64,000 bases of DNA. Origin: the human T2T-CHM13v2.0 reference genome, Homo sapiens. Below the pieces are notes generated by a model. It worked only from the letters and a program-made list of their open reading frames with translations, was not told the origin of the DNA and ran no database searches. The position numbers were made by a program, and so were the translations under genes. Position 1 is the stretch's first letter, and every line of letters begins with the position of its first letter. The stretch lies in the NCBI RefSeq assembly GCF_009914755.1, contig NC_060925.1, one strand, 5' to 3'. This document shows positions 1 through 17,969 of this stretch, in pieces.

Positions 1-129
1 AAGGGGTCATATAATAAGTCCCTTATAGTCCATGTTCCTCAGGTTAAAACGTCTTTGTTTAGTTCAAGAGAGTAGTTTGAGAGCTAAAACCAGATCAAGT
101 AAAATGGTCTGTAATTGAAGATGTACAGA

Positions 130-575
130 CGTAAAGATGGCTTTGGAGCTTGGAGAAAACCACTAAAGCAATAGTTTGTGGAAAAGGGGCCAAGTTTGAA
201 GCACATTAAAGTCTATGGGTGGTGACGACACCAAATCAGTTTGGGCAGCCTGAGTGGATGGTGGGATCATTAATTAAAACAGGAAATAAATGAGGTGCAA
301 CAGTTTTGGGATAGAAGATAGTGGAGATTTAAGTAATGTTGAGTGTTAGGTACCTATGGGATATCCATGTGGAGAGTCTCAACAGGCAGTCAAAAATCCA
401 GGACTTGTCCTCAGGAGACAGGATATACCTATTCTAGGTATAGATTTGAGAGTCATTGCCTTAAAGGTGTCATTGCCTTAAAGGCTGTTGAAGCCATAGA
501 TGTACATGGAATCCACCAAGGAGAATAATGGAGTGAGAAGAGAGGGCTAAGGTGGGACTTGTGATCCTTGAAGTT
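130..575. mobile_element. Degenerate L2 (LINE2)-like fragment
   Basis: Purine-rich motifs resembling L2 (gggatatccatgtggagag...caggcagt, gagagtcattg); highly diverged, boundaries approximate. Confidence 0.5.
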
Positions 576-1892
576 TATAGGAAGTATGGTGTAAGATGCA
601 TCCAAGAAGTAGGTTTACTGATACTCAGCACTTCTCTAGGTTAGCTGTAGGCATTGCTTAACAGTAAAGCAACATTCTGTTCGGGCTGGGAATCTGCATG
701 TCCTCTCAGAAAATTTGTATGTAATGTGTGTACTATTGTTTGTTTTCTCCATCAATTACACGGTGACATGCATTTAACTCATGATATGGAAAAGGTTGAC
801 ACAACAATCTCTTTTATAGGGAGATGTCTAGATTTATTCATAGAAAGAAATAAAATTCTTCATGAAAGGTAGCCACACAAAAAGAAAACAAGGACTGATC
901 TGTGTATAACCAAATTGTAAAAGTGATTTTTAAATGTTTAGGGATTTTTAAAAATATGGTTTCTGAAGCTGCACACACTGCTTATTTTACATGTTTTAAA
1001 TATGACTTGAAGCCCATTCCTGAGAAACATACTCGTAGAATATAATATATATATTATGTAGAATCAGAACTGTACTAAACTTTTTTCTTCTGATTGGCTA
1101 GTCTTTTTGTGGGCCAGGAGGATGAGTGAGGAGTGATGTCTATTTTATTTTCCATATTTTTCATGCTCATACTGTTTGCATAGGACAACAATGGTGAATT
1201 ATCACCATCATCATCATCATCAAAATCCATTATTAACAAGTGCCACTTATACATAATAGCTTATGTGATACTCTAGATTCTTGCCTCTTGGGATTTATAC
1301 ATACTGTATATGAATAGGCAACCTCAATCTCAAACCCTCTGCCTTATAGTAATGATCTTTTTTCCCACTGATGAGTGAGGATAGATTTCATAGGAAAAAT
1401 AGATGGAGAATAAGTTTTCTTTGACTGATTCTATACACAAAATTGTCTAGCTTGAAAGAAATCTTGCTGAATTTAGTTTAAAGGAAGTGTTTTTCTTTAA
1501 AGATGAAGATAGCTTTATGATAACCTATCCAATCAAAAAACAAAACAAAACAAAACTCAATGAGTTACTTTGAAAAGAAACAACATTTTTACATACCTCA
1601 ATTCAATTGGGATTTTTCAAACTAAATAATAAATAGAAATACACATTATATAATAAAAGCTAACCTTTAGGGAATGTTTTGTTGACTAACCTTAGTAATT
1701 TACTCTCTTAAAGGAAACAGGATGGGCATAAAATAAACCAGGGTAGTTGATGTAATTATGAAAATCCTGGGAACACATAAGAAAAACAGCATATCTATTC
1801 TTATTTGATTTCAGTAATACAAGGCAATAATTAAAAAATTTAAATCTAATTTTCATGTAGCCTAGTAAATTGCCTATATACTTAAAACATGG

Positions 1893-1962
1893 ACACACAC
1901 ACAGACACACACACACACACACACACACAAACAAACACTGTCTCTCTTTCTCTCTCTCTCTC
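1893..1962. repeat. Compound (CA)n/(CT)n microsatellite
   Basis: Directly visible dinucleotide runs. Confidence 0.95.
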
Positions 1963-2374
1963 AACAATTAATAATAGCATTCAGGAGAATTTTTCTAATA
2001 GCAAGTCCAGAAGATTTGAGGTGTTTGTGGCAAAGTTAATCTGTGGCTATGGAATATAAGCTCTTCTTTGCCCCAGGTTACTATTTGTACACTTCCACAT
2101 AATATGGGCATGAAGGACCACATGAAATATTCAGAGGTTATCAAATAGACGTGTATTTCTCAAACCTTGATGTGTGTGCAAATCAAGAGTATTTTCGTGA
2201 AGTGAGATGGATTGAGGTCCCTTTCATCTCAAACAGTCTATACTAATGACATTAAAGTTTACCTTGTTCTCACCCATTCAGCTTTGGAAAACTTCCTACA
2301 AAATTTGTGATTACACAGTCAAGGCCGCCTAAAAGTAGGGCACTGTGTTCTCCTATCCACCTGCACATATTGCT

Positions 2375-2585
2375 AACGCCATCACTGTGCCTCCTATTTA
2401 ATACTTGATGAACATGATGTATGTGCCAGGAACTCTTCATGGATTGCCCCATTCATTCTCAGAGAAACTTGATAGGGTTAGTACTGTTATTAGTCCTGTT
2501 TTGCAGATAAGAAAACCGAGGCTTCAAGAGGATGCACTGGTAGCCTAAATTCAGAGCCTTGATTTTGACCACTGAGCAATACCAC
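2375..2585. mobile_element. MIR fragment
   Basis: tatgtgccaggaact...tactgttattagtcctgttttgcagataagaaaaccgaggctt matches the MIR core. Confidence 0.7.
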
Positions 2586-3158
2586 CTCCCACTTCCTGCT
2601 TTATGAATATCAGGTTACCTGCTCACAACTCTACATACTTGTTTCATTCCAAGTACTTCTTGGAAATTCACTTGGCCAAATTGTCAAAAATCAACTTGAA
2701 CTGAAATTTCCCTTGGGCCTAATTGGCCTGATATCTATTCTTCTTTTGTCTTTTTTAGCCTTGAAACTTCTGGTTCACTAACTGAATGTAAGCTAGATAA
2801 GCAAGCATTTTACAATATTGAGAGAGTAATGGGAGTCCATTACTGCAGTTGCTCAAATGTTAGCTAGATCACCTACCAAAAAGACTGACTCAAGTCTCAA
2901 GTGAAGATCATTTGAGTTAATTCTTACTGTTTTTTTTTTTCAGCCCTGAGATTCAATCCATTGTTCTATCCATGTCATTACACAGGCAAAAACTTGGCAT
3001 TATTAAGATCATGAAAATTTCATGTTTCATATGACTGGATCAAACCTAACATATAAATGCACTCCTTTGTATTCATCCAACTTGAGAAAATCCCTTTTTA
3101 GTATCTATGAACATCTTCTGGAATGGTAAATATTTCACATGACTGAAAGCCTCCTTGG

Positions 3159-3387
<229 letters not shown>

Positions 3388-3436
<49 letters not shown>
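3388..3436 (+). repeat. (CA)n microsatellite replacing the Alu A-tail
   Basis: Pure CA run directly after the Alu 3' end. Confidence 0.95.
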
Positions 3437-3438
<2 letters not shown>

Positions 3439-5268
3439 CGCCTTGGTCTGTCACAGATAGATAAATACATAGATTCAACATTTTATTTATCATTTACATT
3501 TTAGAAAATTTTGAAATACTTATAGATTCACAGGAAGTTATAAAGAAATATATAGGGAAGTTCCCTCATATTTTTAAAATGAAAATTGTTATGGGGTTTA
3601 AACATTTTTAAATAGCACATACTCACTGAAAAATTTATCTGAGTCAAAGACATATCAAATGAAAATGAAGTATCTTCACCATCATACCAAAATCTGCCCA
3701 GCACCACTATTCACAGTTTGGTGTATGTCCATTCAGTACTTCGTTTACATGCATTTATGACAAAGCAAATAAAAAAAGCCAGCTTCACCAACACTTCCAA
3801 CATTCTTTGCATCCTTTCATAGCCCTCTTCAAAAGCCCTGGGATTGATGATAACAATAGCCCAAGTATAACGGTAGCTGCTGTTTATTGATGCTGGCTGC
3901 TTTGAACACATTATCTCTTATCTATCATAATATAGATTTTATTAGGGTTAGCAAGTGAGGAATTTGATGCTTAAGGCTGTACAACTGCAATTACAAGATG
4001 CTAGAATTTAATCCTGTCCATCTGACATTGAAGAACATAATTTTTCCAGTTCACTGTCCTGCAAAAAAAATGTTTTGTGGAATAAGAAATAAAGAGAGGA
4101 GCAAATCAGGGAAATATCTACAACTTTTTAATTTCCTAAAAGTTCAAGCAAATTCGCACCAAAAAAGCCACACACTATGAAAAGAAATTACTCATAAGAT
4201 CAGTTAAACCAAGTTCTTGGATTTATAATTATAAAAATGATTTAAATGATTCGCTATTTTATTTTTCCACCAATTGCCCCTACCCCAAGGGAGCCCCAGC
4301 ATCATAGTATGTAGTGTTTATCAGGCACGGATTTCTCAACATCTGTCTCTGCCTCGAACATGACATAGATTGGCGTTTCTTAACCTGCGTACTTAGTCTC
4401 AGCTTGGAGAGGAGGGTAACTCTATAGGGGTCTCACAGAAAATTGCACTTCTTCTCCAGCCTGTGACCTTGACAGCATAGAACCACTGTCAAATTCTGAG
4501 CCCCTTCTCATGAACATGTATGTCAGAGTGGAGAAGGACTGGCCTCCAACGCCCTACCTATGAGAGGTGCCTCACATCCTTGACCCTGGCATCACAGAGC
4601 TTGATACTCCTAATGGCATCCAGACTCCCTGTCTACTGAAGCTGAATAGAGACCCAAAGCTTGAGGCACAAACGCTGTTCACAAACAAGTCAAGTGGAAG
4701 TCAGGGGAACAGGAAAGATAAAATAATCCAGCACTTTAGTCAGACCTGCAGAGAAAGAAAATTAAGAAGGAACATCTCAGCTGACCTCTGAAGGGCATTT
4801 CTGTTCAGCAGTTCTGGTGAAAACATCTTAGAGACCTGAGGAAAAGATGAGCCTGCTGGGGCATAAATGTGGCACCATGGCCCTGTAAGAGCAATGGTTG
4901 CAATGGAGACCATGTGGCACGTTCTGCTCAGTTCCCAGCCAGAGAGCAGCAATCCTGCCTCTTTCCCAATCAATAATCTCTAAGGCAAATGATTGGGAAT
5001 AAAATTATTTAGGAATAACCTCAAGGTTTCTTTTATTTTTTATTTTATTTTATTATTGTTTTTATTACACTTTAAGTTTTAGGGTACATATGCACATTGT
5101 GCAGGTTAGTCACATATGTATACATGTGCCATGCTGGTGCGCTGTACCCACTAACTCGTCATCTAGCATTAGGTATATCTCCCAATGCTTTCCCTCTCCC
5201 CTTCCCCCACCCCACAACAGTCCCCAGAGTGTGATATTCCCCTTCCTGTGTCCATGTGATCTCATTGT

Positions 5269-9096
<3,828 letters not shown>

Positions 9097-9159
9097 TATG
9101 TTGTTAGCTGGTTATTTTGCTCATTAGTTGATGCAGTTTCTTCCTAGTCTTGATGGTCT

Positions 9160-10176
9160 TTACATTTTGGCATGTTTTTGCAGCGGCTGGTACCGGTTGT
9201 TCCTTTCCATGTTTAGCGCTTCCTTCAGGAGCTCTTTTAGGGCAGGCCTGGTGGTGACAAAATCTCTCAGCATTTGCTTGTCTGTAACGTATTTTATTTC
9301 TCCTTCGCTTATGAAGCTTAGTTTGGCTGGATATGAAATTCTGGGTTGAAAATTCCTTTCTTTAAGAATGTTGAATATTGGCCCCCACTCTCTTCTGGCT
9401 TGTAGGGTTCCTGCCGAGAGATCAGCTGTTAGTCTGATGGGCTTCCCTTTGAGGGTAACCCGACCTTTCTCTCTGGCTGCCCTTAACATTTTTTCCTTCA
9501 TTTCAACTTTGGTGAATCTGACAATTATGTGTCTTGGAGTTGCTCTTCTCGAGGAGTATCTTTGTGGCGTTCTCTGTATTTCCTGAATCTGAATGTTGGC
9601 CTGCCTTGCTAGATTGGGGAAGTTCTCCTGGATAATATCCTGCAGAGTGTTTTCCAACTTGGTTCCATTCTCCCCGTCACTTTCAGGTACACCAATCAGA
9701 CATAGATTTGGTCTTTTCACATAGTCCCATATTTCTTGGAGGCTTTGCTGATTTCTTTTTATTCTTTTTTCTCTAAACTTCCCTTCTCACTTCATTTCAT
9801 TCATTTCATCTTCCATTGCTGATACCCTTTCTTCCAGTTGATCGCATCGGCTCCTGAGGCTTCTGCATTCTTCACGTAGTTCTCGAGCCTTGGTTTTCAG
9901 CTCCATCAGCTCCTTTAAGCACTTCTCTGTATTGGTTATTCTAGTTATACATTCTTCTAAATTTTTTTCAAAGTTTTCAACTTCTTTGCCTTTGGTTTGA
10001 ATGTCCTCCCGTAGCTCAGAGTAATTTGATCGTCTGAAGCCTTCTTCTCTCAGCTCGTCAAAGTCATTCTCCATCCAGCTTTGTTCCGTTGCTGGTGAGG
10101 AACTGCGTCCCTTTGGAGGAGGAGAGGCACTCTGCTTTTTAGAGTTTCCAGTTTTTCTGTTCTGTTTTTTCCCCAT
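9160..10176 (-). pseudogene. L1-A ORF1, premature stop at codon 130
   Basis: MGKKQNRKTGNSK... to TGA at 9787; the in-frame remainder ends ...PLQKHAKM. Confidence 0.95.
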
Positions 10177-11082
10177 CTTTGTGGTTGTATCTACTTTTGG
10201 TCTTTGATGATGGTGATGTACAGATGGGTTTTCGGTGTGGATGTCCTTTCTGTTTGTTAGTTTTCCTTCTAACAGACAGGACCCTCAGCTGCAGGTCTGT
10301 TGGAATACCCTGCCATGTGAGGTGTCAGTGTGCCCCTGTTGGGGGGTGCCTCCCAGTTAGGCTGCTCGGGAGTCAGGGGTCAGGGACCTATTTGAGGAGG
10401 CAGTCTGCCCGTTCTCAGATCTCCAGCTGCGTGCTGGGAGAACCACTGCTCTCTTCAAGGCTGTCAGACAGGGACATTTAAGTCTGCAGAGGTTACTGCT
10501 GTCTTTTTGTTTGTCTGTGCCTTGCCCCCAGAGGTGGAGCCTACAGAGGCAGGCAGGCCTCCTTGAGCTGTGGTGGGCTCCACCCAGTTCGAGGTGCCTG
10601 GCTGCTTTGTTTACCTAAGCAAGCCTGGGCAATGGCCGGCGCCCCTCCCCCAGCCTCGCTGCTGCCTTGCAGTTTGATCTCAGACTGCTGTGCTAACAAT
10701 CAGCGAGACTCTGTGGGCGTAGGACCCTCCGAGCCAGGTGGGGGATATAATCTCGTGGTGGGCCGTTTTTTAAGCTGGTCGGAAAAGCGCAGTATTCGGG
10801 TGGGAGTGACCCGATTTTCCGGGTGCCTCCGTCACCCCTTTCTTTGACTAGGAAAGGGAACTCCCTGACCCCTTGCGCTTCCCAAGTGAGGCAATGCCTC
10901 ACCCTGCTTCGGCTCGCGCACGGTGCACGCACCCACTGACCTGCGCCCACTGTCTGGCACTCCCTAGTGAGATGAACCCGGTACCTCATATGGAAATGCA
11001 GAAATCACCTGTCTTCTGCGTCGCTCACGCTGGGAGCTGTAGACCGGAGCTGTTCCTATTCGGCCATCTTGGCTCCTCCCCC
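10177..11082 (-). promoter_or_regulatory. L1-A 5'UTR internal sense promoter and antisense promoter; YY1 site intact
   Basis: CpG-rich 5'UTR; CAAGATGGCC at 11062-11071. Confidence 0.8.
10632..10847 (+). CDS. L1 antisense ORF0, 71 aa, open
   Basis: ATG at 10632 (GCAATGG); MAGAPPPASLLPCSLISDCC...RHPFL* matches primate L1 ORF0; expression unknown. Confidence 0.7.
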   Translation: MAGAPPPASLLPCSLISDCCANNQRDSVGVGPSEPGGGYNLVVGRFLSWSEKRSIRVGVTRFSGCLRHPFL

Positions 11083-11595
11083 AAGGTTTCTTTTAAAAGG
11101 GATTGTGAGAGAAGTAAATCATTCACAAACTTCAGAGCTTGATTATTCCAAAGTGGCTTGTAACACACCTGGCAAGCACTGAGGTGTTACAACGTAAAGA
11201 TAAGAACCCCTAGTAGAGTGAACAAAGTATCCAAATAAAAGTGTTAGGAAAATTTAATTACATTTTCTTTAAACAAATTTTTGTGTGCCCCTGCTGTCAT
11301 ACTACAATGTATCAAAGGAGAAATGTAACCCTGTGCTTTTTCCCTGAAAGCTATTGCTACTATCCTGATTGTCAAAATTAGAGTAGGAGTAATACTTTAT
11401 ATTATACTGCATATTATTAACTGTAAATATATTTTCCACTCATACCACTTGAGGAATTCAGGCATCTATCAGGCTTTCAAGTAGATAATCTCTAAGGTCA
11501 TTTCAACTCTGGTTTTATCATTACTACTTCAGAAATCAATAATGCAGGAAATGATGGTAAGCCTATGTCATTACATAAGTGGTAATAAATGGTAA

Positions 11596-11993
11596 TAAAG
11601 TTATGCACAATATCTTATGCTTTTAAGGGGTAGATATACTCTGATACTGGATACAGTTTTTCTCAATTGTGAGAAATAAATAAATGATTGGTAAATAAAG
11701 TTACCATACATTTATTTATGGTAATAAACTATTACCACTGAGTCTCACTGAAAGGCTTTAATTTCTGTCTTTGGGGGTGGGGCTTGTGCTTCCCACACTA
11801 CTATGGAAAGCATACTCTTTGGTACAACTGGCTATTGAACTCTATGCATTGTGAGGGGGACCTGCCATTCCAGGAGCTGCCTACGGCGTAGTCATTGCTT
11901 AATGCAGGAACCAAAAATCCCCTTTGATCACTCCATGATTCCTTCTTCTAGGATGGCCATGTATAAACGCCTGTGGACTGTCCTTTGGGGAGT
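11596..11993 (+). repeat. Left arm of a ~380-bp imperfect inverted repeat (probable donor)
   Basis: Reverse complement aligns to 13072-13435, e.g. ccaggagctgcctacggcgtagtcattgc vs gcaatgactacgccgtaggcagctcctgg. Confidence 0.93.
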
Positions 11994-13071
11994 ATCCATC
12001 TAATCTCTCTCTAAGCAGATGTTCTGGGACTCCTCCAAATACAAACACAACTCAAGGTCAACAGCTTGATTAGAAAGTGTAGAAATGAAGAGCAATTAGT
12101 TCTCTCGGATTCATTAAGGTCGTGGCAATCATCTTTTCCCAGCACGCAATGAGGAGATCAGCTTTCTATCTCTTTGGGGACATTTGTGAATGGAGTTTGG
12201 CACTGGATTTGTTGTCAGGAGTTGTGGAGGCTAAAGCCTGAAGGACAGCATTGTCCTCCTCCTAGTTAGTGAGTGAAGGCGTATGCATGGATGTGGGCTT
12301 ATTTGGTTGGATTTTACAACACGTGAGGGAGTTTTCTCTGTTTGTTCTGGTGGCCATGGCCATGGGCTTTGCTTGGACCTAGCCTCTTCATGCCACATGC
12401 CCCACCAGAGGGACGTGTATCTGGAGCCACGGTACTACAGCACGTCTGCTGTCTCGGCTCCAAGCGGTTCCTAGTTAGGGCTGCCCCCTGCATGCAGTGC
12501 TTCCCTTTTTTCCCACAAGCACCCCTTAGACTTTCGTGGCCCCTGATTTCTGGTCCTGCCATTGCTCATGACCTGCTGATGGCACTGCTTGCTGTGGAGT
12601 TACTGAAGGGGAAAAAGGCAGAGCCATCAAACAGCTCTGTAGGGCCCAGATGTGGAGAACGTGTAAGTCTGAAAATCTTGCAGTATTTTCCTGCACCAAA
12701 ATTAAGATAAAAACATTACATAATGTTAAGAGTTATGTGTTTAAAGCTCAAAAATCCCTTAGCAACATGGGTTTTTCCAGATGTGAAGAAGCCCAAAGAT
12801 GGTGCCTGTTAAAGGCCTTGGAATCAGCAGCTATCCAGGAAATACAAATCAAAAACAATGAGATACCACTTTACTCACTAGGATGGCTATTATGAAAAAG
12901 ACAGATACCAAATATTGACGAGAATGTGAAAAAATTGGAAGTTGCCATATGACCCAGCAATTCAACTCCGAGGTACGTATCCCAAAGAAATGAAAATATA
13001 AGTCCACTAAGAACTTGTACACAAGTATTCTTGGCAACATTATTCATAATATACAAAAAGTGGAAACACCA

Positions 13072-13435
13072 ACTCCCAAAAGGACAGTCCCCAAGTGTTT
13101 ATAGATGGCCCTAAAAGAATGAATTGTGGAGTGATTTTGCGTTAGGCAATGACTACGCCGTAGGCAGCTCCTGGAAGGGCAGGTCTGCCTCATGATGCAT
13201 GGAGGTCAATAGCCAGTTGTTTCAAAGAGTATTCTTTCCATAGGAGTTTGGGGAGCACAAGCCCCACCCCCCAAAGCCAGAAATCCAAGCCTTTCAGTGA
13301 GACTTTGTGGTAAGTAGTTTATTTATTTACCATGAATAAATGTATGGTAACTTTATTTACCAGTAGTTTATTTCTCACAATTGAGAAGAACTGTACCCAG
13401 TGTCAGGATATATCTACCCCTTAAAAGCATATGAT
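13072..13435 (-). repeat. Right arm of the inverted repeat, inserted in the old L1
   Basis: Inverted copy of 11616-11993; appears to continue ~25 bp past the Alu (13732-13762). Confidence 0.93.
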
Positions 13436-13756
<321 letters not shown>

Positions 13757-14000
13757 TTATTTGTCCACTAACTGATGAACTGACAAATAAAATTTGGTAT
13801 ACTCATAAAATGAAATCCTATTTGGCATTAAAAGGAATGAAGTACTGATAACATGCTGCTACATGGGTGAAACTTGAAAACACTAAGCTAAGTGAAAGAA
13901 GCCAGTCTTAAAAAGACACCACATTGTATATTTCCATTTATGTTAAATGTTCAGAACAGGCAAATCCATGAGACATAAAGTACATTAATAGTTGCCTAAT

Positions 14001-14100
14001 GGCTGTTCCAATTGCAGTGGTGTTTATAACTACTTGATCACAACCAGGTAGAGATTTCTTTGTTCCTTCTCCACTCCCACTGTTTCACTTGACTCTTCTT
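14001..14100 (+). pseudogene. Y3 RNA (RNY3) retropseudogene
   Basis: ggctgttccaattgcagtggtgtttataactacttgatcacaaccag...ccactcccactgtttcacttgact matches hY3; short A-rich tail; TSD atagttgcctaa (13988-13999) / atagtcgcctaa (14108-14119). Confidence 0.93.
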
Positions 14101-14400
14101 AAGAAATATAGTCGCCTAAAGTTGGAGGTTTCTAGGGAAAATTATTAGTGGCTGCTAATGGGTATGGGGCTTCTTTTGTGGATGATGAAATGTTCTAAAA
14201 TATCAGTTCATTGGAGAGAACACAATGTACATGAGATCGCAATGTGTGAAATTCTCAGTGCAGATACAATTGTTTGTCCTGGTGGGACGGGGCACCAAAA
14301 TTGTCAAGAGATGCTATACGGAGTGCAACCTCTTATAATAGTCACTGGAATGTTCATGTTTTTCTCTAATTAAGAAATTTTCCAGAATGGGAAACATTAT

Positions 14401-15248
14401 CTAGTCAGTGACCTCACTAGAGAATTCATGTTTTCCTGTCATCCTCATCACTGCACCCTTGATCTCCTTGTTTCTCAGGCTGTAGGTGATGGGGTTCAAC
14501 ACTGGGGTCACAACACAAAAGAGCACAGAGACCAGGATGTCTGTGTCCAGGGAGCACCCTTCTGTGGGCCTGTCATAGTTGAAGTGGTCTGTTCCAAAGA
14601 TGGTAGAGATGATGAATATGTAGGTCATTGCCATAAACAGGCAGGGGCTCAGGCCAGTGGTGGCCCTCACCACATGGAGCACAGACTCACTGACAGGTGT
14701 CTGAGCAGGAGAGCTTCAGGAGCAATGGGATGGCACAGAGAAAGCAGCTGATGGGGTTGGGTTCACGCAGTGAGTGTGGCTGTCAGTGCTGTGTGTGTCC
14801 CAGAATTGAGTAGCCCACACATCCAAAACCCAGTCACCAAACAAACATAGACCTTTCCACTCATTAGGAGCCTATATTGAAGACGGTGGCAAATAGCCAC
14901 ACAGTGGTCATAAGCTATGGCAGCCAGCAAAACCCCCTCAGTGCTGGCTCATAATGCAAGGAAGAAGATCTGGGAAAGGCAGCCCTCATAAGAGATGGTC
15001 TTACTCTCCTGGAAGAAGTTCACCAGCATGACCAGGATGGTGGTAGACATGTAGCAGATATCCAGGAAGCTTAAGTGGCTAAGAAAATAACCCACTGGAG
15101 TATAGAAGGCAGGACTGACCCTGACTGCATTTCCCAGAAGAGATATCAGGTAAATGACCAAGGAGAACAGGAAGAAAACCATTTGTAATGCAGGGTGCTT
15201 GGAAAAATTTAAAAAGATGAATTCAGTGACCACCATTTGATTTTCTAC
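14401..15248 (-). pseudogene. Class II olfactory receptor pseudogene (loosely OR5V1-like)
   Basis: Motifs VTEFIFL, LLGN, YTPVGYFLSHLSFLDICY, ISYEGCLSQ, IAYDHCVAIC, VVTPVLNPITYSLRNKEIK; stop at 14949; frameshift near 14760; KAFSTC/TM6 region deleted. Confidence 0.93.
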
Positions 15249-15716
15249 TTTGAATTCTTTCTCAACTGAAATGAATATTGGGAGATAAATAAAATAATAA
15301 TGTGATATGATAACAGACATCAGGAGAGCTGATTAACTTTTACTCATCCTTTAGTTCTTGGATTAGATGACATCTCTTCTGGATTGTGTAGCTTGACTCT
15401 GAGAATAGGGTTTTGTATTGCCCTCATTCTCTTGATTCTCTGCCCCGTCTTCTTGTCATGCATATCACTATTGTCTATTAACTTGTTTGCCCGCGCTTCA
15501 CCTCCACCAGAAAAATTCTCTTAGACAGGAATTTTTCTCTCTCCTTAGTCCATATGCTCTCCAGAAATTTTTTTTCAGATGTAAGGAAGGAAATCTAGTC
15601 AGCATTGATGTTGCAAAAACAACAGTTGGTGAATTATACCAGAGCCCCAAACTTTTTCTCCCAGCTTCTCTCTTCCGTGAGAAAAGTCACAATACCAAAT
15701 TCTACCTTACCAAGTG

Positions 15717-16481
<765 letters not shown>

Positions 16482-17002
16482 ACCAAGCATCCCATTTTGT
16501 GTAAGAAACTTCTGATCATTTGGGGTAATTATGACAGAACACCACTCTAGAAGCATCAGAAGTGAATTCATCCTATACCCTCTCAAATCTTTGAGCATCC
16601 GTCTCTTCGTCTTTGCTCTCTTTTCCTTTGTGCTGCCAGTGGCTTCTTCTATCCCTCAGAGAACAAATAGAATACAAAAGAAAACATCAAACTTATACTA
16701 TTCAGTTTCCCAGTAAGTAGCTCCAGTAAAAGGTTGGGGGAAAGACAAATTTGGAACTGAGTAGAGTGATATTTCTGGATTATTTAAAAATTTTAATTCA
16801 TCTCTTTCCCCCTCTTTACCAGAAACAACAAACATATGCTAGACTGTGCCATAACAATCCCAAATTCTAGGAATCTTGAGAGCTCATTCATTTGCATCTG
16901 ATATTATTTTCTTGGTGGATTGTCCTTAAACGAAGCTTTGTGTATCTTGGATTCCCAATTTTCTTTAGAAACTGCTAAGCTGTCTTTTTTCCTGAGTGTA
17001 AA

Positions 17003-17212
17003 CCAGTGGTCAGCAGTAAAATCCAGCACTCCACCTATTTTTATAAATAAAGTTTTACTGGAACACAGCCACACCCTTTCATTCATGTATCGTCTATAAC
17101 TGCTTTCATACTACAACGGCCGAATTGAGTAGCTGATAAAGAGAACATATGACCCGCAAAGCCTGAACTATTTACTTTATGTTCTTTTACAGAAAAAGTT
17201 TACTAACCCCTG
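17003..17212. mobile_element. MER58A-like hAT DNA transposon
   Basis: aaataaagttttactggaacacagccacac...ttttacagaaaaagtttactaacccctg. Confidence 0.8.
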
Positions 17213-17224
17213 GTGTAAGCAATT

Positions 17225-17400
17225 GGGTTTGGGAGTTTGACAGACTTGGGTTTAAATCATGCCTTTGTCACTTGTCAGCTTTGACCTTGAGCAAGTTATT
17301 TAGCTTTTATATGCCTTAGTTTGACCATGTGCAATATGGAATGTTTGGATTACAGAGGTTTTGTTTGGATTAAATAAGTAATATGTAAGAGAGCAGTGAA
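17225..17400. mobile_element. MIR fragment
   Basis: cagacttgggtttaaatc...tgaccttgagcaagttattta. Confidence 0.7.
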
Positions 17401-17888
17401 CATAGTTAATCTACAACACACATTCTCCCCATTATGCCACTGCTCCCATTTCAAGTTTCCCTTTAAATTTCAAGTTTCATGCAAATTCGTGAAGCTTTCC
17501 ATATTTTTTTAATTTTAAAATAAATTAAGAACAACAACAACAAAAATGTTATTTCCCCTGCATATTTCTTCATATTGACTCAAATGCTATTTATGATAAG
17601 AATATGACGTTATTTTCTATTTATGGGCTTGCCTTCTCTAATTCTTTTTCACCAACTTTACCAGATCCACTTTTAAGCAACTGGTATATAATTGAATTCA
17701 CATATTTCTCATAAAATAAGTACTATGGTCTACCCTTACAGTTGTATCTGCTTTTTTTTTTGTTTTATAATTACATTTTTGAACATATTTTTACAGGAAT
17801 TCTGTAAGGAAGTATATTTTGTCAATACTTTTAGATAAAATTTCCTCTGAAACTAAAAATTAAAATAGCTGAATATCATGAGGATGCA

Positions 17889-17960
17889 AATAACACCAAG
17901 TGTTTGATAAAATTACCAAGTGTTTGATAAAAATAACAACAAGTGGTTGATAAAATTACC
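17889..17960. repeat. Three tandem copies of a ~20-26-bp unit (caagtgtttgataaaa)
   Basis: Directly visible. Confidence 0.85.
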
Positions 17961-17969
17961 TACTGCCTC

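Noticed and set aside
452-484. 17-bp tandem duplication gtcattgccttaaagg
   Set aside because: Ordinary slippage duplication in an old repeat.
12283-12710. Overlapping ORFs in the inverted-repeat spacer
   Set aside because: No recognisable protein or exon structure; expected in locally GC-richer DNA.
11596-13435. DNA transposon with long terminal inverted repeats
   Set aside because: The right arm splits an L1 whose left part lies in the spacer; no transposase or outer TSD.
17889-17960. CRISPR-like repeat
   Set aside because: Three adjacent units with no unique spacers, in primate DNA.
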